A stretch of 61,811 bases of DNA, the filler included. It is 12 parts of 12 records of this genome, joined end to end, with 100 filler letters (N's around TTAATTAATTAA, not from the genome) between each part and the next. Parts side by side here need not be neighbours in the genome. Positions count along the whole stretch, not along the records: positions 32,319 to 36,789 come from SRR15195285_12677; positions 36,890 to 42,949 come from SRR15195285_12693; positions 43,050 to 47,998 come from SRR15195285_12695; 9 more parts are not named here. One strand, 5' to 3'. The notes under the pieces were generated by a model. The model was given only the letters and a program-made list of their open reading frames with translations. It did no database searches and had not been told where the DNA came from. The translations under genes were made by a program, and so were the position numbers. This document shows positions 32,713 through 44,172 of the stretch, one piece after another. Position 1 is the stretch's first letter. Each line of letters starts with the position of its first letter.

Positions 32713-33324
32713 ATGGGCTGCGCCGGTAGTCGCGGCGCGTGTGTCGACGGGCGTGGCAAGTGTGAAGGACGCCAGAATCCCGCCTTCCCGACCTGTGCAG
32801 CAAAGACACCGGCGCCGGAACCAGAAGTAGAGCCTGGGCTACTCCGCGTCGCAGAGCTGCGTTGTTTGGAATCTCTTGATACCGAGGAGGTTCGGAAACA
32901 ATTCTTCCGCTCGCCGCTGGGTACCGAGCTTGGGAAGGCGATCGTGAAAGACAACACGTGGGACTTCGAGGCGAATTGGAACGACGATGCGCTTAAGCAA
33001 GTCCCGGGCCTGATGCAGCTCATCGTTGCAGTGGCGCGAGAACGACGCTCGTTAAAAGTGCTCCGGTATCTTGAGGGCATCAATGACAGTTGTGACGGGT
33101 TGTTGCCTTCGCCCACAACGTCAGCAAGCGGCAGCGATATCAGCTCACTCACAGAGCCAGAAGGCACGCGTCCCGTGTCAGCCGGTAGACAGCGGGTTGG
33201 CTCAAAGAAAGTACGCAAGCGAAGGTGGTCCAAGCGACAGCTGGTCCAGCAAGCGTCGATTGATCATGAGAGAGTGACGGGGGCTGAGTGTGGACGCAGC
33301 GGTGGAGGAGGGCACCGTGTCTAG
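32713..33324 (+). CDS. Hypothetical protein with an N-terminal dual acylation motif
   Basis: MGCAGS fits the N-myristoylation consensus MGxxxS with an adjacent palmitoylatable Cys. The central helical segment and basic tail are unrecognised. Confidence 0.5.
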   Translation: MGCAGSRGACVDGRGKCEGRQNPAFPTCAAKTPAPEPEVEPGLLRVAELRCLESLDTEEVRKQFFRSPLGTELGKAIVKDNTWDFEANWNDDALKQVPGLMQLIVAVARERRSLKVLRYLEGINDSCDGLLPSPTTSASGSDISSLTEPEGTRPVSAGRQRVGSKKVRKRRWSKRQLVQQASIDHERVTGAECGRSGGGGHRV

Positions 33325-33663
33325 CCCTGCTGTGAGCTAGTGAGCTAGGCAGCCAAGGTGAAGGAGGACGCAGTGGACTCTTCCACTGAACAGCACACAT
33401 CAGATTGTCTATCAAATGGTTATCATTCTCACGCAGAACAGATGTGTTCTGGCTGAAACATCAAGGATGTCGGATCGCCGACATCACATACGAGAAGCGT
33501 GCTGAGCTGCGCTACCTACTCGCAGACCATCACGCAAGCGTGGCTTTCCAGCCACTCGCATTACAACAAAGCAACTGACCCACTCATCTTGCAGGGCGTC
33601 CCCACCAATCCAATTGAGATGCATATCCCAGCGGATCAGTGTCGAAAGAATCCGTTGCAGCGT

Positions 33664-36308
33664 TTAGATGGGAGAATTTGATTCGCCGTTCTGCGCCATC
33701 TGCAACGCCATCTTTTGTGCTTCTGCGGCCTTTTTGAGAAGCGGATCGCGCGGCTTGTTGGTGCCCTGCAAAGTCGATGGTCAGGCGAAGGGCATCGGCG
33801 GAAATCAACACCGAGGTGGGCGGGTGCACGTGCAGCGGCAAGATCAGCTGCTAGTGCAGCGCAAGCGCAGCGCCACAGAAAGGGGCAAGCTATCTCCACT
33901 CCTATGGCGATAGCATAGCTCACCTGCCACGTGAGGAATGGCGTGATGACCTGCGCATCGAGATTCAAAAACTTTGACTTTTTCCGTTCTGCCATCATGA
34001 TCATGAAGTCCTCCTGTTCTTCGAGTTTCTGAATGCGATCCGCTCGCGCCTTGTCAATACCGATGACACCGAAATGGCTCATGACATGATATGCCCCGCC
34101 ACCAAGGACCATCACACAGAAGATCACACAGATCAGAGTGATTGTCAGGATGCCCTGGCCCGCGCCTGCGTATCCTGCCGGGCAGTCGCATGCCTCCTTG
34201 CCTTCTCCTTCAGTATTCAGACAGGCGACGAACTCCTTGCACGTATCAGTACGTTCGCCATCGTCAGTCTCCCATACCTCGCACTTTTGACACTTGCAGT
34301 ATTCCTTCGCCTCCTCCATGCTCAGTATCGTCTCGAGTACAGGCTCGCCGCAGCTGGTCAGGCAGCAGGCCTCTATGGCTCCTTCGATCGCACAGTCCTC
34401 CGCATCACCATCATTGAGGTTTCTGCAAACCCTCTGCGCAGACCCGATCTCTCCGTTATTCCATCTCCTGTCTACACTACAGGACTCGCCCGTGGGTTGG
34501 CGTTCTTCTACGCCGTCTTCTGGCCAGAAGTCTTCGTCAAATAGGTACTGTCCGCACATGTACTTACCACCGTGTTGATCGTCAGTCTTGCCCGCAGCAG
34601 CAGCGGCCTTCTCCTGCAGGCTCTCGGGTAGCCCGATCTCCTTCCACGGGTCGTAGACATCCTCACTGCAAACCGTTTCTCCAGTTGCATGATCCGTCTC
34701 CAAGATGCACAGGCACGTTGGCACCCGGCAGCTAAAGTCTGTCAACGCAGCAAGCCCTAGAGCGAAAGCAATACCCCCGCGGAGTCCGGAGTACCAAACA
34801 ACGTGCTGGATAGCCGGCTTCACAGCTCTGCGGGCTGGGCGTTTCGCGTTGACTAGCGCACAAATCGGGTAGACGTTGAGAGCACGTGAGTAGAGCATGG
34901 AGATGATTGAGATTGCAACCGCAGGCATGGTGAACCACGCCTGCTCGAACAGCGAGAGCGCCATCCCCATGTAGACGAAGACAAATGTCTCACAGCCGAA
35001 GGCCATCACCTTCACCATCTTCTTGATCATTTCCTGCGTAGCTTCCGACAAGTTGATGAACGCATAAACATCCATACCGAAGCCACAGAACAGAATCGCG
35101 ACAATACCGCTGAGCTCAAGCGACTCTGCGAGCATCCATGCCATGTAGGGAAACGCGAAGAGGAAGACATTTTCCATAGGGAAGAACTCTTCGTGGGTGA
35201 GATCGAGATGCTTGAACACTAGCGATGCGGTCGCTGCCATGAGACAGCCCACGCCGAGAGACCCGGAGAAAATCTTGAGAAACATGCCCACTGCTGAGAC
35301 AACTGAACTGAAGCCCGCGGCACACGCCGGCATACCTGGTGCTGGGAACGACATATCTCGCCCGTCAGTGAGCGAGGCGGTCTCACCGGTCAAGTCGCAG
35401 GTGTTCGGGTTGAACGCGGAGACCGTCTTGTACAGCACAATAGCCACAGCGTCGTTCAGAACGGACTCGCCAAACACGAGCGAATACAAGTCGCGGTCGG
35501 CGCCCATCTTGCCGAAGATGGCGAGCACAGTCACCGGGTCGGTCGCGGAGATGAGCGAGCCGAAGATCAAGCTCTCCGTGAGCGTGAAGCCAACGGAGCT
35601 GCTCATGTCGTCGTTTTTGATATCGACGGGGTTAGATGGCTCCTCGACCACCTGCGCCGCTTCGCCGGCGGCGTACATGGTGAGCGCGATCAAGACCGTC
35701 GAAATCAGCGTGCCGCCGAAAGCACAGGCGCACACGCCGCCAATGTTCTGGAACAGCTTCCTGCGCTGCATCTCGTCCATGTTGAAGCCGGCGTCGAGAA
35801 TGATGGGCGGAAGCAGCATCAAGAAGAAGAAGTTCACGTCAAACTTGGTGACGTGCTCCAGCTCGCCGGACGAGTCCATAGCGACCCCGGTCTCCTCGTC
35901 CTCGACAATGAGCCAGCCCGCGATAAGGCCGACCATCAGCACCCCGCCGGCTTCGGCGACTACGTTGATGTGCAGCTCCTCGAGCACGTAGCCACTGATC
36001 ATCCCGAGAACCAGGAGCACGAGCATGAGGAAGATACCGTAATGCTCGAGCTGCTTCTCCTGCTCGGCCTTCGTGCCTTCGACCGCAGACGCGATCTCAG
36101 TCAGCTGCAGAAACACGAAGACGAGCAGGAGCAGCACGATGCTCTTCACCGCGTTCTTGGCCGTGGAAGACATCTCCACCTCCTGGAAGGCGAAAGTCTC
36201 AGCGACGACGTCGTGCCCTCCGTGGCCGCCGTCGCCCGGCGGCGCGTGCCCCGGCTCCGCCGCGTGCCCAGCGGAGCCCGCCAGCGCAGCGCTGCATGTG
36301 CAAAGCAT
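33664..36308 (-). CDS. Na+/H+ exchanger (CPA1, intracellular NHE/NHX-like) with a large Cys-rich loop; start uncertain
   Basis: FFFLMLLPPIILDAG, FGSLISATDPVTVLAIF, VFGESVLNDAVAIVL, LSGIVAILFCG and YSGLRGGIAFAL. Intron 33923-33766 leads to a short last exon ending in TAA at 33664. Confidence 0.93.
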
Positions 36309-36891
36309 CCGCAGCCGAACACACCGCTGTCAGTCCAGTCCGTCTCTGCGTTGCGCGTTGGCAGCAGAGAAGGAACCGGCCGGGCCGCAAGCGCAGCGCG
36401 AGTTGCAGGCGGCAACCGACCGCCATGAGCCCGCATCCCCCTCCTCCTCGCTCAAACTACGTGGCAACTGGGCACTGGCAAAAGCAAACAGCGGCAGCCC
36501 TCGCAGAGCCAGCAGGCGGGGCAGACAAGCGCAGGAAGCAGGAGGGGAAGTGGCTCACGAGAGCGGCCCGTCCGGCGTGAGACTGCTCCCTAATTGCCCC
36601 GCGCTGCTCGAGATCGAACCCTTCCGCTTGCTCCCCCGCGCCACCGGCGGGCTCTGCGCCGCCCCCGTCGGCGTCACCCCCGCCATCGGCGTCACCCCCG
36701 CCATCGGCTCCATCCTTCAGGCCGTACGCTCCAGGATATCCGCCTCCTCACACCGCTCCAAGGCCCCCCCCCCCCCCCCCCCCCCCCCCNNNNNNNNNNN
36801 NNNNNNNNNNNNNNNNNNNNNNNNNNNNNNNNNTTAATTAATTAANNNNNNNNNNNNNNNNNNNNNNNNNNNNNNNNNNNNNNNNNNNNAT

Positions 36892-39800
36892 TGGACCAGG
36901 ATCACCTTCAAACCAGATCTCAAGCGCTTTGCGGGCATGACAGTCTTGAACGCTGATATCGTCGCGTTGATGACCAAACGCGTGCATGACATCGCTGCCA
37001 CCAATGCGGGTCTCAAGGTGACGCTTAACGGCGAGAAATTGAAGATCAAGAACTTCCTTGATTACAGCAAGCTCTTTCTACAGCGTGAAGGCGCCACGGC
37101 TCCAGGAATGCCCCCGCTACCGCTCCTGCATCAGAAGTTTGGAGACAGGTGGGAGGTTGTAGTCAGCATCAGTGACGGACAGTTCCAGCAGAACAGTTTC
37201 GTGAACAGCATTGCGACGACCACCGGTGGTACACACGTTAATCACGTCGCAGACCAGCTCGTCAAAGAGCTCGTGGCCCACGTCAAGAAGAAGAACAAGA
37301 CCACCCTCAAGCCGTTCCAGGTCAAGAATCACCTGTGGGTGTTCGTCAACTCATTGATTGAGAATCCAGCTTTCGATTCGCAGACGAAGAACACCATGAC
37401 GAGCAAGCCGAGCACATTCGGCTCGAAGTGCGACATCGATGAAAAGTTCATCAAGAAGGTGATCAAATGTGGTGTCGTGGACAGCATCATGGCATGGGCC
37501 AAGATGAAGGAATCCGCCCAGATGAAGCGGCAGGATGGCGGTAAGAAGGCCACCGTGGTCATTCCAAAACTCGATGATGCCAACTGGGCCGGAGGTCGCA
37601 AGGGTAAGGAATGTACGCTCATCCTGACAGAGGGTGACTCCGCCAAGGCTCTGGCCATCAGCGGTCTAGGGGTCGTCGGCCGTGACAAGTACGGTGTTTT
37701 CCCTCTCCGTGGAAAGCTTCTGAACGTGCGCGAGGCCTCCCATAAGCAGGTGATGGAAAACGCCGAGATCACTGCAATCAAGAAAATTCTTGGCCTGCAG
37801 ACTGGCAAAGTGTACGAGGACGCAAGCTCTCTGCGCTATGGTCATATTATGATCATGGCTGACCAAGACCACGATGGTTCGCACATCAAGGGTCTGCTGA
37901 TAAATTTCATCCACAGCTTCTGGCCATCGCTTCTGAAGCTCCCTGGCTTCCTGATTGAGTTCATTACGCCAATTGTGAAAGTGACGAAGGGTCAGACAAG
38001 CAAATCATTCTTCACGTTGCCGGAGTACGAGGGCTGGAAAGAGGAGAACGCTGACGGCAAGGGCTGGAACATCAAGTACTACAAAGGTCTCGGTACTTCC
38101 ACCTCGAAGGAAGCCAAGGAATATTTTTCCGCCATGGACCTGCACCGGAAGTCCTTCCGCTACGATGGTGCGGAGGACGATCAGCTGATTGACATGGCGT
38201 TCTCCAAGAAGAAGGTGGAGCAGCGCAAGGTCTGGCTCAATGCATTTCAGGAGGGAACTTTCTTGGACCACACTGCAGAGCAGGTCAGCTACTCGGACTT
38301 TGTGAACAAGGAGCTAATTCTGTTCTCAATGGCGGACAACATTCGCTCAATCCCATCTCTGATTGATGGATTCAAGCCGTCGCAGCGCAAGGTGCTGTTC
38401 AGTTGCTTCAAGCGCAAGCTGAAGAAAGACATTAAGGTAGTGCAGCTCGCCGGTTACGTGTCGGAACACTCTGCCTACCACCACGGTGAGGCATCACTCC
38501 AAGGCACGATCATTAACATGGCGCAGAATTACTGCGGAAGCAACAATGTCAACCTTCTCGTGCCTTCCGGTCAGTTTGGTACCCGTCTGCTTGGCGGTAA
38601 AGACGCGGCTAGCCCACGTTACATCTTCACTCGTCTGCAGTCGATCACACGCGCCATCTTCCACGAGAGTGACGATGCTCTGATGGACTTCCTCGACGAC
38701 GACGGTCTTTCTATCGAGCCGAAGTACTACATGCCCGTTGTGCCTCTGCTGCTTGTCAATGGAACCGACGGCATTGGAACTGGGTGGAGCACGATGGTGC
38801 CGAGCTACAACCCGCGTGACATCGTCAAGAACCTCAAACACCTGCTCGCAGGCGAGGAGATGGAAGCTATGCTCCCGTGGTACCGTGGTTTCAACGGAAC
38901 CATTGAGGTCGACGCCAAAAGTAACCAGAAGTTTAACGTGCGTGGCAAGATTGAGAAGGTCGATGAAACCACCCTGGAGATCAGCGAGCTGCCCATCAAC
39001 TCATGGACCAACACGTACACCGATTTCTTGATCGGCATGCTGAACACCGACAAGGCAGGCGACTTCAAGATTGATAGCTACGTTAACCATTCGTCGGACA
39101 CTAGGGTGTCTTTCACCATCAAGCTTTCAGCGGCTATGATGGCGGAGGCAGAAAAGAAGGGTTTGGAGAAGACATTCAAGATCGCGACGACGGTCAGCTG
39201 CAGCAACATGCATGTCTACTCTCCGGAAGGGCAAATTGTGAAGTACGATCAGCCGACCGACATCATCCAAGCCTTCTATCCTGTCCGCCTTGACTACTAC
39301 GCCAAACGCAAGGCTCTACTGCTGAAGAACTGCAAGCACGAGCTGACGAAGCTCGACAACAAGACACGTTTCATACTGGCTGTTGTCAACGGAGAGTTCA
39401 TTGTCAACAATCGTAAGAAGGCCGAAATTCTTGCTGCGCTTGCGGAGGCAGGATATGACGAGGTGTTTGACACCAAGAAGCCAGGCAAGTCTGTGGAAGA
39501 CGACGATGACGAAAACGATGACGAGGAGACCAGCACCAAATCAAAGTCCACCTGTGGCTACGACTACCTGCTGAAGATGCCCCTGTGGAACTTGACGAAG
39601 GAAAAGGTTGACAAACTCTGTGCAGAGCGCGAGGAAAAGCAGGCAGAGTACGACGCTCTAGAGGCCACTACTCCCGCGGACCTGTGGAACACTGACCTGG
39701 ATGCACTGGTTGACGAGCTTGATCGCCAGGACGAGTGGGATCAGAAGCAGAAGGAGGCGATAGCTCAGATTAAGCCTCCCAAGGCTGCTGCGAAAAAGCC

Positions 39801-40500
39801 GAAGAAGAAGGCGAAGACTTTCAAGGTGTCGATGGACTCTGACGATGACGACATGGGTGATGATTCTGGCAGCGATTTCGAAGTTTCAAAGCCGAAGAAG
39901 AAGAAGGCTGCGCCCAAGAAAAAGGCTGCACCGAAGAAGGCTGCCGAGAAGGCACCAGTGGCAGCCCCAGTGGAGGCGCCAGCACCAGAGCCGATCGTTG
40001 TTGAGGATGTCGAGAGCGAGGACAGCGATGACGAATTCGGCCCGTCTTTGGCGGAACGCATGGCGGCTCGCGGTCTGGCTACCACGATTCCGCCAGCAGC
40101 GACATCGGCAGCTACTGCTATCGACGTAGATGATGAGATTGTAGAGGGCATCGAAAGCATGTCGATCAAGAAACAGCCGGCTGAATCTCGCAAGCGCACG
40201 AAGGCCAAGGTGCCAGCTGCAAACCCAGATGACACCCCGCAGAAGCCTGCCCAGAAGAAGAAGAAGCCTGCGGCAAAGAAGGCCGCGGCAAAGAAGGCTG
40301 CACCGAAGAAGAAGGTTGAGTCGGAGTCAGAAGAGGAGTTCGACTTGGCTGCTGACTCTGAGGATGAGGTCGCTGCACCCGCACCTGCAAGGGCTGGTGG
40401 CCGTGCGCGCGCGAAGGTCGACTACTCTAAGTTTGCCGACGATAGCGAAGATGAAGAGAGTGAGGCAGATGACGATGACAACGAGAGCGACTTTGAATAG
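36892..40500 (+). CDS. TOP2: DNA topoisomerase II (eukaryotic type IIA), 5'-truncated
   Basis: LILTEGDSA, PLRGKLLNV, DQDHDGSHIKGL, YYKGLGTS, YHHGE and the active-site AASPRY, with a Lys/Asp-rich C-terminal tail. Confidence 0.99.
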   Translation, partial: WTRITFKPDLKRFAGMTVLNADIVALMTKRVHDIAATNAGLKVTLNGEKLKIKNFLDYSKLFLQREGATAPGMPPLPLLHQKFGDRWEVVVSISDGQFQQNSFVNSIATTTGGTHVNHVADQLVKELVAHVKKKNKTTLKPFQVKNHLWVFVNSLIENPAFDSQTKNTMTSKPSTFGSKCDIDEKFIKKVIKCGVVDSIMAWAKMKESAQMKRQDGGKKATVVIPKLDDANWAGGRKGKECTLILTEGDSAKALAISGLGVVGRDKYGVFPLRGKLLNVREASHKQVMENAEITAIKKILGLQTGKVYEDASSLRYGHIMIMADQDHDGSHIKGLLINFIHSFWPSLLKLPGFLIEFITPIVKVTKGQTSKSFFTLPEYEGWKEENADGKGWNIKYYKGLGTSTSKEAKEYFSAMDLHRKSFRYDGAEDDQLIDMAFSKKKVEQRKVWLNAFQEGTFLDHTAEQVSYSDFVNKELILFSMADNIRSIPSLIDGFKPSQRKVLFSCFKRKLKKDIKVVQLAGYVSEHSAYHHGEASLQGTIINMAQNYCGSNNVNLLVPSGQFGTRLLGGKDAASPRYIFTRLQSITRAIFHESDDALMDFLDDDGLSIEPKYYMPVVPLLLVNGTDGIGTGWSTMVPSYNPRDIVKNLKHLLAGEEMEAMLPWYRGFNGTIEVDAKSNQKFNVRGKIEKVDETTLEISELPINSWTNTYTDFLIGMLNTDKAGDFKIDSYVNHSSDTRVSFTIKLSAAMMAEAEKKGLEKTFKIATTVSCSNMHVYSPEGQIVKYDQPTDIIQAFYPVRLDYYAKRKALLLKNCKHELTKLDNKTRFILAVVNGEFIVNNRKKAEILAALAEAGYDEVFDTKKPGKSVEDDDDENDDEETSTKSKSTCGYDYLLKMPLWNLTKEKVDKLCAEREEKQAEYDALEATTPADLWNTDLDALVDELDRQDEWDQKQKEAIAQIKPPKAAAKKPKKKAKTFKVSMDSDDDDMGDDSGSDFEVSKPKKKKAAPKKKAAPKKAAEKAPVAAPVEAPAPEPIVVEDVESEDSDDEFGPSLAERMAARGLATTIPPAATSAATAIDVDDEIVEGIESMSIKKQPAESRKRTKAKVPAANPDDTPQKPAQKKKKPAAKKAAAKKAAPKKKVESESEEEFDLAADSEDEVAAPAPARAGGRARAKVDYSKFADDSEDEESEADDDDNESDFE

Positions 40501-40773
40501 TTGCGTGATGATAGATGTGGCCGCTTCTAGTAGACGGAGCTGATGCGGCCTGTGTGACCTGCATGCTAACAACCAACACTTACGTTCACACCTACCGGGT
40601 ACGGTACTAGTACTGCCAGGATCTACTCGTAGGATTAGTCCGAAAGAAACTGACAGTTCAGACCGGTCTCGTGCTTGCATTGAGTTCGTAGCTACTACAG
40701 CCCATCTGCCAACTCCGCATAAGCGATAGCAGCCCGCACGGTCTCCTCCATTGGCCACGCGCCTCTCAGATTG

Positions 40774-42917
40774 TCAGTGAGTCCCTCCACTGAGGTACGC
40801 AGCTACCGCGGTAGACTGCCGTCGAGTCGGGCTCGCAATCGCACCGCCGGCATATGCTGCTGCTGAGTTGCCAGACTCAGAGGTCTCACAGTCTCTAGAG
40901 TCGCTGTCGTTCGCCGCAGTTCGCATGTACACACGATCGTGTTGCCCATCGAGCTGATGCAGTCTAGCTTCTTCCTGAGCACTGCCATTCCTCGCTTGCA
41001 CGACGCTTCCAGCCTCGCGATCAGGATCCAGTGCACCAGTACTAACTCTAGCCGCAGATATCTCAGCCGCTGCATCGCCAATGTTAACAGCTGTACCGCT
41101 CTCAAAATCACGGATCCTGGAACGTGCTGAGTCTGTTGCTGTCGCTCTACCCATACCCACTACTGTCTCAAACGCACTGACATAATTTCGAGCGCTAGTC
41201 GCATCCGGCGTAGAAAAGTGGCTGCTCATAACCTTCTCGGCCGTAGGTGGCGGCAAGGATGCGTGCAGCAAAGCGCCAACAATCGCAAGTGCCGTGGCGA
41301 ACAAGTGGATCGCATTTGTAGACAATGCCCATCCGTCGGTGGCATTGACGCCTTCACCCTCGGGACTGGCAGCAGCTACTGTGGCGCCCGGGGATCCTCC
41401 ACCCCAAACGTGTCGTTGCATTGTAGTCGCGCAGCTTCCCCACCCGGTGGACGCCCAAAACCCTGTCCGAGTGCACAGTGCAGGCACTCATTTAGGCTCA
41501 GTGTTGCTTTCATAGGCAAAGACGCAGAAACTGTGTCCAGCACAGCGGCTGCAGCTATCCGACTAGACATTGGGTGCTTCGGTGTGTTTATGCGGGAGCG
41601 CATGACCCTACCGTATCCCAGTATTATTGTCACGCAAGGTCGTGCCTGCTCCACAAGCCTTGAGACACGAGAACGCATCGGGTAGAGCGCACACACGTGC
41701 GCGCCCCACATTGCTCCAGCAGCAGCTGCCGTCCACAGAAAAAGCGAGTGAACCACCACGACATAGCCTCCCTTTCCGTCCTCCGTGATCAGCTCAGGTG
41801 TTTCTTGCAAGGACTGTCCTGGTGAACCAATTATTCCAGGGAAAGCATGCTGCAGCACCTCCGCAGCCAGAGCAGCCGCAGCAGTCAGCAGGAACTGGTC
41901 GCGGGAGAGTGAGTGGGTGCACTGCACCGCCGAAAGTGCGTGCTGATGCTGCTGTACCGCAATACCGCAGCTGTACAGCGCAGAGGCGCCGACTGCAGTG
42001 ATTCCGACCAACACTCCGCCTCGTACAGTGGATCCAGCCGCCCAGCCCCTCCCCATCGCACCGAAGCCCACCGCACCCCATTCTGAGGAAGTGCAGGGCG
42101 CAGAAAAGGCTGCGGTTAGCACACCAACCACCCCGAAGACCATAGATGCGCGGAATCGGCGCGAGCGGCGGCGGACGGGCAGCCCCGAACCGCCGCGGAC
42201 CGAGGAGGTTCCCATTGGTTGGAGCAACCGCAGCGTCTGCGACACGACAATGCCGTTCAAGCGCAGCGACAGGAGCTCCAGCCCAAACGCCACAACTCCT
42301 ATTGCCGCTACAGATAGCTGCGGCCGGCCTCGCGGCAGTCGTCTGATCGAAAAGACCCCAACCCGACCAGCGATCTCCATCGTCACTGTCAGCAGGAAGA
42401 ACTGCGCGACCATAAGCACACCGAGTGATCGTCGCACTGAGGACAGCTCGAAGACCTCGTTGTTGGCGACGACAGACATACCATACGCCCCGACATTGCC
42501 CACCACGCCAAACACGAGCCAGAACAGCAAGGCTACCGCAGTGGCAGAGTGGCGGCCGACCGCGCTCCCGGCTGCCGGATCTGGCGGCTTCCACTTTTTC
42601 TCCGGATTGGTCGAGTCAACGCCGCTGATGCGCATGACGAAGCCCGTCCAGATCGGGACGGGGATTGCACAGCAGCCCGGAATCATGACAAAGACAGTGA
42701 AGCTCAGGACCACAATAATTATGAATCCCAGCAGCCATAGCAGTAGCCAGCAGAAGGGCAGAGTATACCACGCCTTGCTCACTGGCTGCAGCTGCCGCGA
42801 AGCCGTCTCTCGCAGCGGAGTGACCAAGCGGTCGCTGACCTGGCGCGCCAGCGGCGCATGCCAGGCCTCGCTCGCCGCCGGCGCAGCGTCACCACCATCG
42901 CCCACCGACCCGAGCAT
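40774..42917 (-). CDS. Multi-pass membrane protein, probable DMT/SLC35-like transporter (2 exons)
   Basis: About 10 or more hydrophobic segments. VSQTLR...RRFR..MVFGVVGV and the terminal HLFATALAIVGALLH resemble DMT-family patterns. A phase-1 intron at ~41610-41464 links ORFs 41376-42917 and 40774-41487. Confidence 0.5.
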
Positions 42918-43049
42918 CGCCGCCCTCAGCGCTGCCCTCTACTGCGCTGNNNNNNNNNNNNNNNNNNNNNNNNNNNNNNNNNNNNNNNNNNNNTTAATTA
43001 ATTAANNNNNNNNNNNNNNNNNNNNNNNNNNNNNNNNNNNNNNNNNNNN

Positions 43050-43492
43050 ATCTACGCTAACGCCGCCACCCAAGCGTCATGCAGTGCACCCACCCGTCCT
43101 CAGCTGCGTCGGGTCGCCACAACGCCGCCAACGCCGGAGGGTATCCTGCACGAACGTCTTGCTCAGCTTCACACCCTGAGCCACGAAGTGCGCCGCAATG
43201 GCGCGGCTGCTCGCTGCCGGCGTCCCATAGTTCAGCTGGTACTCTTCGACTACGGCCCAGCCGTAGTCGAAGGACAGGCGGTACCACACTGCGCGGTGAG
43301 GCCTGCTGACGCCTGCCGCAGCACCCAAGGACGTGGCTTGCCGCCGCCGCTTTCGGCCCCTGCCGCTCGGCATCGACTCTTGTCCTAGGCAAGGCCGCGC
43401 TGACAGCCTCAGTACGCCGCGCAACCCCCCCTAGCACCCCCAGCACGGGCGCGCCGCCATCGCCGCCAAACTGCAGGTTTTTATCCAACACG
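43050..43492 (-). mobile_element. Tc1/mariner (IS630-like) transposon left-end remnant
   Basis: RLSFDYGWAVVEEY...SSRAIAAHF..GVKLSKTFVQDTLRRWRRCGDP resembles the N-terminal paired-like HTH of Tc1/mariner transposases and is cut by an in-frame TGA at 43077-43079. The upstream minus strand reads TA|CGTGTTGGATAAAAA, a plausible TIR next to a TA target. Confidence 0.55.
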
Positions 43493-44172
43493 TATTATTA
43501 CACTCCGACCCTAAACCCCTGTCCTAGCTAGCATAATCGTGGCACCATGCGCAGAGACCCACTTCTGCAATGGTCCAACCACGCTGGGGCCTCGGCCACA
43601 CCAGAAGTTCCTATACAGGTAAGCCCTGCGACCATTTTCGGTTATTCGCCAGCGCGCGCGTTCGAGCGTACGGCGTAACCTCCCGCCAGGAGATCTACCA
43701 CCGACGCGTTACCTCCGGCGCGATTTCGGATTTGCGTGCTCTTGAGGCCCACGCGCGCGCGCGCGCGTGCGCGAGCTATATATCATAGGAATCCGGGTAT
43801 AAGTTAGCTAGAATGCTGCTGATAACTCTGGAGTACTCGTGGTACTGGTGTACTCGCGCACGGAAGATTCAACGCCGGTAAGTCGTACTGCTCGCGCATA
43901 TTTCGTCACTCTGGTTCTGCTATCGAACGATACCAATCTAGCTTAAGATACAGTAGTATACTGTACCCAATATTATTGTTCGTGAGACTAGTGCGCTACT
44001 TGGAATTGTACCAGTTTTCAGTGTACCGCCAGATTGACACGGCACACCCACGCGCCGCCGGCCTCGCGCGCGACGACGCGCGCGGCGATCGATGGCGCTT
44101 CGGAGCTGAGCTTCATATACGTGACGGTCGGCGGCGTGCTCGCGTCGTCGGCGTTCGTTGCGCGGCGGTCCG

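Noticed and set aside
43509-43515. CCCTAAA telomere-like unit
   Set aside because: It is a single copy and not arrayed.
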